A stretch of DNA of 64,000 nucleotides. It comes from an uncultured archaeon (lineage in GTDB: Archaea; Iainarchaeota; Iainarchaeia; Iainarchaeales; 1-14-0-10-31-34). Location of the stretch: contig CAZSOZ010000001.1 in assembly GCA_964608675.1 (NCBI GenBank), positions 288,001 to 352,000 on the forward strand, given 5' to 3'. The notes below the pieces were generated by a model that was given only the letters and a program-made list of their open reading frames with translations, ran no database searches and had not been told where the DNA came from. Positions 58,567 through 64,000 of the stretch are shown piece after piece (position 1 is the first letter of the stretch; each line of letters starts with the position of its first letter). Both the position numbers and the translations under genes were made by a program.

Positions 58567-58739
58567 ATAAATTCCTTTATATCTTCTTCTTCAAAGTTTT
58601 CTGCCAGCCCTAATTTTTTTCCTTTTTTCACTACAAATAATTCTGTTCCGCATTCAGGGCATTCAACTGAATCTCCTTCTTCATGGAGTTCTGAATCCAG
58701 TTCAACAATGCCGTCGCATTTAGGACACTTTATATTCAT
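58563..58739 (-). CDS. LysW-like zinc-ribbon protein (58 aa)
   Basis: Manual translation MNIKCPKCDGIVELD...GDSVECPECGTELFVV...EEEDIKEFI*; GGAGG RBS. Confidence 0.75.
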   Translation of the reverse strand: MNIKCPKCDGIVELDSELHEEGDSVECPECGTELFVVKKGKKLGLAENFEEEDIKEFI

Positions 58740-58817
58740 TTTTTTGCCTCCTTAAGAGAAAAGCAAAATATTTCCTAAAAGTTAATTTATTTAAATATAA
58801 TCTAAAAACCGGATTTC

Positions 58818-58850
58818 AAAAAAAAGAAAAAAAACAGGGGAAAAACCCCT
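58818..58850 (-). terminator. Hairpin plus U-tract downstream of the small SWIB-like gene
   Basis: On the minus strand AGGGG-TTTTT-CCCCT followed by GTTTTTTTTCTTTTTTTT. Confidence 0.5.
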
Positions 58851-58877
58851 AAAAAAATTTTTTTTTAATTGCCAAAA

Positions 58878-59033
58878 TTATTTTGAAGCCAACTTGTTTT
58901 TTTTGATGTAAGCCCAAAGCTTTTTGGTCATCTCGCTTGGAGTGACTTTTCCTGTTCCAAACACTTTTTCTAAGGTGTCGTTGCATCCTTTAAAACTAAT
59001 TGCATATCCGCCGAACGGTTTTTTTGCTGGCAT
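58878..59033 (-). CDS. Minimal SWIB/MDM2-like protein (51 aa)
   Basis: MPAKKPFGGYAISFKGCNDTLEKVFGTGKVTPSEMTKKLWAYIKKNKLASK*; SWIB K.+W.YIK..L motif; strong GGAGG RBS. Confidence 0.75.
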   Translation of the reverse strand: MPAKKPFGGYAISFKGCNDTLEKVFGTGKVTPSEMTKKLWAYIKKNKLASK

Positions 59034-59089
59034 ATAATTTCCTCCTTTTTAAAATTAAACAAATTATTAGAATAAAGGTTAAAGTATAT

Positions 59090-60094
59090 TTAAATCCTTC
59101 TATTTAATGTTTTTTTTTCCCACATTACTTTGATTTGATCAGTTCTTTGTTTTGGAAGAATCCTGCTTTCTTTTAATTCAGTTTTTTTGCCTGCCTTAAA
59201 TTCAATTAATCCCTGCCAGGCAATCATTGCTCCCTGGTCAACACAAACTTCTTTTGGAGGAACAAAAAATTTTGCTTTTCTTTGTGAACACATTTCTTTC
59301 ATCATTTCTCTTAAAGCTTTGCTTGAAGCAACTCCTCCTGTCAGAAGCACTTCTTTTTTTTCTGTGTGTGCTAAAGCTCTTTCGCTTACTTCTGTCAGCA
59401 TTGCAAAAGCAGTATGCATTAAACTGTAAACAAGGTCTTTTTTGTTTTCTTTTCCTATTTTCTGTTTTCCTGCTGTAAGCAAACCGGAAAAAGCCAAATC
59501 CATTCCTTTTACTGTATACGGCAATTCAATGAATTCTTTTCCTGTGAAATATATTTTATCCATTTTTGGTCCTGCAGGAAAACCTAATTTTATTTTTCTT
59601 CCGAATGCATCCAAAAAATTTCCTATTCCAATATCCAATGTTTCTCCAAAAACCCTGTATTTTCCTTTTTCTAATCCGATTATCTGTGTGTTAGCGCCGG
59701 AAGCATAACAAGTAATTGGATTTCTTGCTTTTGTAAGTTTTCTGCCGATTTCAATATGTGCAATGCAATGGTTTACTCCAACCAAAGGCTTGTTATGTAG
59801 AATAGAAAGTGTTCTTGCAAAAACTGCGCCGACTCTTAAACAGTTTCCTAATCCAGGCCCTTGAGAAAAACTGATTAAATTAATTTCTTTCATTCTAATT
59901 CCGGCTTTTTCTAATGCCTTCTCCAGAATGTTTTTTGCATTTTTGTAATGAAAGTCTGCTGCTTCTCTTGGGTGAATTCCAACTGAATCCTCTTTAACAT
60001 AAGAACTTTTTTCGTTTGCAAGAATCCTGCATTTTTCGTCCACAATTCCTATTCCGAAAGTGTGCGCTGTTGATTCAATTCCTAGGCAAATCAT
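59090..60094 (-). CDS. kae1: tRNA t6A threonylcarbamoyltransferase Kae1
   Basis: LGIESTAH, GPGLG, NHCIAHIE, SGANT, GGV, DQGAMIA. Confidence 0.96.
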   Translation of the reverse strand: MICLGIESTAHTFGIGIVDEKCRILANEKSSYVKEDSVGIHPREAADFHYKNAKNILEKALEKAGIRMKEINLISFSQGPGLGNCLRVGAVFARTLSILHNKPLVGVNHCIAHIEIGRKLTKARNPITCYASGANTQIIGLEKGKYRVFGETLDIGIGNFLDAFGRKIKLGFPAGPKMDKIYFTGKEFIELPYTVKGMDLAFSGLLTAGKQKIGKENKKDLVYSLMHTAFAMLTEVSERALAHTEKKEVLLTGGVASSKALREMMKEMCSQRKAKFFVPPKEVCVDQGAMIAWQGLIEFKAGKKTELKESRILPKQRTDQIKVMWEKKTLNRRI

Positions 60095-60154
60095 TTTTTC
60101 TCATATTTTTTCGGTTGCTTTAGTTTTTTATTTATATATCCTCTTATTTTTTTT

Positions 60155-60613
60155 ATGCCAAAAAAATCAGTTAGTTTAGTTCAGGTAAGAAAAGGCCCTA
60201 AAACCCTACAGCCGTTGCAGGCAATTGAATTAATGAAGAAATCTAAATCCCGTTTTCTTGCAGTCCCCAGAAACAGAAAAGATCTGGTTAATGACAAAAG
60301 AAACTGGTATTTTATTAGAAATAAAGAAGGAGAAAAAATTGGCACTGTTTCAATTCATCCGGAAACAGCTGAAATTGGAGGTTTTTCTTTGCTTTCGGAA
60401 CACAGAGGATTACAAAATGCAGTTCCTGCTTTACGAAGTGCAGAAAACATCCTGAAAAAGTTAGGCCATAAAAAAGTAATGGTTAGAGTTAGTGTTTCTT
60501 CACAAAAAACAATTAAGGCTTTGAAATTTCTTGGATACAAAACGAAAAGAAAACTTGTCAAACAAAAATATGGAATAAAATTTGATTTAGTTGAACTGCA
60601 AAAACAATTATGA
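60155..60613 (+). CDS. GNAT-family acetyltransferase-like protein
   Basis: IGTVSI...EIGGFSLLSEHRG...LKFLGY GNAT pattern with a basic N-terminal extension. Confidence 0.7.
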   Translation: MPKKSVSLVQVRKGPKTLQPLQAIELMKKSKSRFLAVPRNRKDLVNDKRNWYFIRNKEGEKIGTVSIHPETAEIGGFSLLSEHRGLQNAVPALRSAENILKKLGHKKVMVRVSVSSQKTIKALKFLGYKTKRKLVKQKYGIKFDLVELQKQL

Positions 60614-61195
60614 TTTTCCTGCTAAAGCTTTTTCAATTTCTTTTTCGGTTATTTTTCCTTTCCTTAAAACTTTTTTTTCTTTTAAATCATATATTGTGCT
60701 TGATTTTTCTTCTTTTAATTTTCCTGCATCCAAGATAAAGTCAACTTTTTTTCCCAAAACTTTCACTGCTTTTTCAAAAGAGTAAATTGCTTTTTCTCCT
60801 GAAAGGTTTGCGCTGGTTGAAATTATTGGTTCATTTATTTCTTTTACAATTTCTTTTGCAATTTCGTTTGAACTAATCCTCAATGCAATTTTTTTTTCGC
60901 TTACTTGATCAGGAACAGATTCTTTTTTTGGCACAATTAGAGTCAAATGTCCTTTGAATTGTTCAAACAGTTTTTTTGCCTGAGAATTTATTTCAGCGAA
61001 TTCTTCAGCCATTTCTTTTGATGACACAAGAATAATAAACGGTTTTTTTCTTTCTTTTTTTATTTCTCTTATTCTTTTAACTGAATTTAAGTCGCTTATC
61101 CTGCAGCCTATTCCGTAGCTTGTTTCTGTTGGATAAACAATTACTCCTTTTTTTTTTAATACAAAAATCGCAATTCTTGTTTGTGCGTCCATCAT
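60608..61195 (-). CDS. sua5: Threonylcarbamoyl-AMP synthase (single-domain YrdC/TsaC type)
   Basis: YPTETSYGI, K.R, STSANLSG, SSTI. Confidence 0.92.
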   Translation of the reverse strand: MMDAQTRIAIFVLKKKGVIVYPTETSYGIGCRISDLNSVKRIREIKKERKKPFIILVSSKEMAEEFAEINSQAKKLFEQFKGHLTLIVPKKESVPDQVSEKKIALRISSNEIAKEIVKEINEPIISTSANLSGEKAIYSFEKAVKVLGKKVDFILDAGKLKEEKSSTIYDLKEKKVLRKGKITEKEIEKALAGKS

Positions 61196-61755
61196 CCCAC
61201 CAGAATTAATCCAACTGCATTAAATGCCATGTGGCCTAAAATAACAGGAATTAAGTTTCCCTGTTTTTGATAAGAGTAAGCCAGAAACAATCCTGCAATA
61301 AATGCTCCTATTACTTCTATGATTGAACCGTATAAAAAATGAGCTGATCCAAACACTAAAGAAGAAAAAAACACTCCGGTTTTTTTTACAAGAAAACCTC
61401 TGAAAAAAATTTCTTCAGAAAAAACTCTTACAATTAAATAATAAATCATTAATCCCGGGCTTATTTCAACTATTGTTTTGACTGCTTTATCTACTTTGTC
61501 TAAGTCATTAAAATTAATCAGAGTTGCAGTAATTGAAATCAAAAACATTATTGCAATTAACCCAAGCAGAACTTGAATTAAATTTTTAGTTAATTCTTTT
61601 TTGTTTATTTTTTTTATTCCCAGTTCTTTAAATGATTCTTTTATTGAATTATTTTTAAGATAAAAATAAGCCAATGGAATCAAAATAAAAATTAAATCCA
61701 GTGAAATTACAGCAAAAATTCTTTGAATTATTTTTGCTCCCCTTTGTCTTTCCAT
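61192..61755 (-). CDS. CPBP/Abi (CAAX protease-like) intramembrane protease
   Basis: [17 protein letters not shown] motifs. Confidence 0.9.
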   Translation of the reverse strand: MERQRGAKIIQRIFAVISLDLIFILIPLAYFYLKNNSIKESFKELGIKKINKKELTKNLIQVLLGLIAIMFLISITATLINFNDLDKVDKAVKTIVEISPGLMIYYLIVRVFSEEIFFRGFLVKKTGVFFSSLVFGSAHFLYGSIIEVIGAFIAGLFLAYSYQKQGNLIPVILGHMAFNAVGLILVG

Positions 61756-61925
61756 TCACTGTAAGAACAGTTTCCGCAGGAATATCTTTCTTTGTGTTCT
61801 GCCATAAAAACTCCTGGACCGCATTTGGGGCAGAATTTGCTTTTTCTTTTTAATTCATTTTCTTTAATTTCATATTTTTCTGATTTTTTTATGTTAGGGT
61901 GCTTTTTTCTTGTTTTTTTTGCCAT
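61728..61925 (-). CDS. rps27ae: 30S ribosomal protein eS31 (S27Ae)
   Basis: [20 protein letters not shown]. Confidence 0.95.
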   Translation of the reverse strand: MAKKTRKKHPNIKKSEKYEIKENELKRKSKFCPKCGPGVFMAEHKERYSCGNCSYSEWKDKGEQK

Positions 61926-61933
61926 TTCTTCAC

Positions 61934-62296
61934 CTACTTTTTCTTTTTTTTGCTTTCAAGTTTCTTTTTTTCTTTTGCTGATTTTTTTTCGTCTTTTATT
62001 TTTTTTATTCTTTCTTTTTCTTCAGCAAAATTTCTTCCTAAAACATAATCTAATTCAATTTCTTTCATTTTTTCCTTGCTTTTGTATGCTCTTGCTTTTC
62101 CTTTGCAGGTTTTTTCTCCGGAATTCTGTTTTATTTCTGTTATTACTGTTGATTCAGTATTTGATTCTGTTAAAGCTGAAATTTTTTCTTTTAGTTCTTG
62201 TATTTTTGGAGTAGTTTTTATTTCTTTTACTTGGAATTCTATTTCTTCTCTTGAAAGCAAAGGATTGCTTTTTTTGTTTGTTATTTCTATTTTCAT
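61934..62296 (-). CDS. rps24e: 30S ribosomal protein eS24
   Basis: NPLLSREE and G.ARAY; operon context. Confidence 0.9.
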   Translation of the reverse strand: MKIEITNKKSNPLLSREEIEFQVKEIKTTPKIQELKEKISALTESNTESTVITEIKQNSGEKTCKGKARAYKSKEKMKEIELDYVLGRNFAEEKERIKKIKDEKKSAKEKKKLESKKKKK

Positions 62297-62318
62297 TGAA
62301 TTTTCCTCCGTTGTTTTT

Positions 62319-62513
62319 TTATCGGCTTAATCTTAATGCATGTTTTCCTGTTGTAGTGATTCCCATTTTTTTTGCTATTTCTGATTTTTCTGGATTCAGA
62401 ATTACTACATAGCCTCTCCAGAAGGTAGTAAAGCTTGTGCTTCCGCAGTTAGGGCATTTATCGCCTTCTTCTATTACTTTCCTGCATTCCCTGCAAGCTT
62501 TTCCTTTTCCCAT
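62319..62513 (-). CDS. spt4: Transcription elongation factor Spt4 (RpoE'')
   Basis: ACRECR...CPNCG...WRGYVVI..PEKSEIA. Confidence 0.95.
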   Translation of the reverse strand: MGKGKACRECRKVIEEGDKCPNCGSTSFTTFWRGYVVILNPEKSEIAKKMGITTTGKHALRLSR

Positions 62514-62528
62514 TCTTTAACCAACCCC

Positions 62529-63134
62529 TTATTTTTTCTTTTTTTCTTCTTTTTTTTCTGTTTTCTGTTTTGTTTTCTTCTGTTTTTCTTTTCTTTTTAA
62601 GTCTATTTCAAGCCATTCTTCTTTTCCTAATCCTGGTTGTCTCATAGTTAATCCTAGTTTTGAATTCGGAATGTTTCCTTTCAGACTGCATGTAACAATC
62701 CTTGCAATAACTTCGTCTTCTAATCCAAGTTTTTTGTTTGATTCTTTTCCTATGAATGCCGGGCCTTTTGCATCATAATTAATGTAATCGTTCATTATTT
62801 GGCTAACATGAATTAAGCCTTCAATCGGTCCTGTTCTTACAAATGCGCCAAATTCTGTTATTTCTGTTATTGCTCCTTCTGCTACTTCTTTTATTTCCGG
62901 CTTGTAAATTAATGCTTTGTATTCTGTTTCATAGTATGCTGCTCCATCTCCTGGAATAACTTTTCCTTCTCCTACTTTATCTACTTCTATTACTGCAATA
63001 ATTACGCCGACACTTTCATCAACTATTCCTTCATATTCTTCTTTTACTATTTTTAATATTGCTTTTTCAAGTTTTCCTCCGAATTCTTTTGGCGGAACCC
63101 TTACTGTGTCTTTCATTGAAATTATTGCATACAT
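62529..63134 (-). CDS. rpo7: RNA polymerase subunit Rpo7 (E')
   Basis: VRVPP, PGDGAAY, GLIHVSQI, GLTMRQPGLG. Confidence 0.96.
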   Translation of the reverse strand: MYAIISMKDTVRVPPKEFGGKLEKAILKIVKEEYEGIVDESVGVIIAVIEVDKVGEGKVIPGDGAAYYETEYKALIYKPEIKEVAEGAITEITEFGAFVRTGPIEGLIHVSQIMNDYINYDAKGPAFIGKESNKKLGLEDEVIARIVTCSLKGNIPNSKLGLTMRQPGLGKEEWLEIDLKRKEKQKKTKQKTEKKEEKKKK

Positions 63135-63150
63135 TTTGTTTCCTCCTTAT

Positions 63151-63537
63151 TTATTCAACAACAATAATCTTTTTTTGTCTTACGAAAGCGGTTTTAAAAC
63201 CTTTCTTTTTTATTTGCTTTCTTAATTCTTTATCGTTTGTTCCTATTATAAAACCCTGTTCTGCGAGTTTTTTCATTTTTTCGTCTGCAGGAATGTTTTC
63301 TCCTTTTATTATTCTGCATTCTCTTTCTATTAATTTTTCTGCTATTTCAGCATTTTTCTTTTTTGTTTTGTTTTCTTTTTTTAATTTTTTTAATTCTTTT
63401 AAAACTTCTTCTGGAACAAAAAATTCTGTTTTTCCTATTTCTTTTTCTATTTCCCTGAAAACATTTATTTTTAGTTCTCCTGAAGCCAAAAGCATGTTTG
63501 TATCCAAAGCAACTTTATTGTATTTCTCCATAGGCAA
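63151..63537 (-). CDS. PIN-domain protein (Fcf1/Utp24-like)
   Basis: LDTN, V..EL, AD, TND.EL motifs; conserved position after aIF2gamma. Confidence 0.88.
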   Translation of the reverse strand: MPMEKYNKVALDTNMLLASGELKINVFREIEKEIGKTEFFVPEEVLKELKKLKKENKTKKKNAEIAEKLIERECRIIKGENIPADEKMKKLAEQGFIIGTNDKELRKQIKKKGFKTAFVRQKKIIVVE

Positions 63538-64000
63538 TTAATCTCCATCTCATTCCGTCTTTTTTGCTTACTGCTATTTTTTGTTGTTTTTCTGCTGCAA
63601 TTGGAACTTTTAATGAAACTTCAATTAAATCTTTTTTTATTGAAATAACGTTCCCTATGGTTGTTGCTGTTCCTGCACTTAAAACAATCATTTCTTCTGG
63701 TTTTAATTCTGTTTGAATATCTTCTGTTTCTCTTTTAAAGTAATTTATTTTCATTTTAATTAGGCTTACGGAATCCGGAACTGTTCCTTTTTTTCCTAGG
63801 ACGTTCCCTTTCATTTGATCGTTTTTAGTTAAATTCGGATCCATTAAAGTTTTAACTGAAATTAATCCTCCTTGAACGGCTTTTTTTATTCTTCCTTCTG
63901 CTGTGCTAACTTCAATTATTTTTATTTCTGTTTTTTTGTTGTTTATTCCTGGACTTAATTCCAAAATATCGTTTTCTTCTATTTTTCCCTGAATAATTGT
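63515..64000 (-). CDS. eif2g: Translation initiation factor aIF2 gamma, C-terminal part (5' end outside the window)
   Basis: IIQG...ELSPG, GGLI...DP.LTKND, GTATTIG, RWRLIAYG. Confidence 0.92.
   Translation of the reverse strand, partial: TIIQGKIEENDILELSPGINNKKTEIKIIEVSTAEGRIKKAVQGGLISVKTLMDPNLTKNDQMKGNVLGKKGTVPDSVSLIKMKINYFKRETEDIQTELKPEEMIVLSAGTATTIGNVISIKKDLIEVSLKVPIAAEKQQKIAVSKKDGMRWRLIAYGEIQ

Noticed and set aside
1637-63541. Many 60-230 aa antisense ORFs in the ORF track (e.g. 15068-15658, 26332-26895, 33233-33913, 63059-63541)
   Set aside because: They are shadow frames of well-supported genes, are low-complexity (many Phe/Ser/Leu-rich), and have no motifs.
1-64000. tRNA, rRNA or CRISPR loci
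   Set aside because: No GC-rich structured RNA-like segment or repeat-spacer array was seen; a covariance-model search would be needed to exclude small RNAs.

Overview
This is an AT-rich archaeal chromosome segment. Gene content and style fit a DPANN archaeon, most likely Iainarchaeota/Diapherotrites, which is an inference. Most of the window is core housekeeping: aCPSF1/FttA next to psmB, FKBP PPIase, NAC, Hel308, Cdc6, SepF, PolD DP1/DP2, NOG1 GTPase, SecF/SecD, CarS, SppA, eS1/uS15, Bud32, grpE-dnaK-dnaJ, tryptophanase, Kae1/Sua5, and the aIF2gamma-PIN-rpo7-spt4-eS24-eS31 operon. I saw no tRNA, rRNA or CRISPR array. The main find is a precisely delimited 5,419-bp cargo-carrying IS5/IS903-like transposon at 44748-50166. 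It has 18-bp terminal inverted repeats, a 9-bp target-site duplication (GGTTTTCGG) and a second nested pair of inverted repeats. It carries an AbrB-like plus HTH regulator pair with palindromic CGTACG sites upstream of the transposase. Its cargo is a lipoprotein, a 52-aa ORF and an unannotated two-gene operon (unknown protein plus PD-(D/E)XK nuclease with a PIP-like tail), which is a candidate novel defence system. Other notable items are a 451-aa LAGLIDADG intein in aCPSF1, an operon of two glycine-rich secreted proteins plus a giant surface protein, an archaeosortase with a nearby candidate substrate, a 51-aa half-SWIB protein, and a Pcc1-like remnant. Several small ORFs below the ORF-track cutoff were translated by hand.
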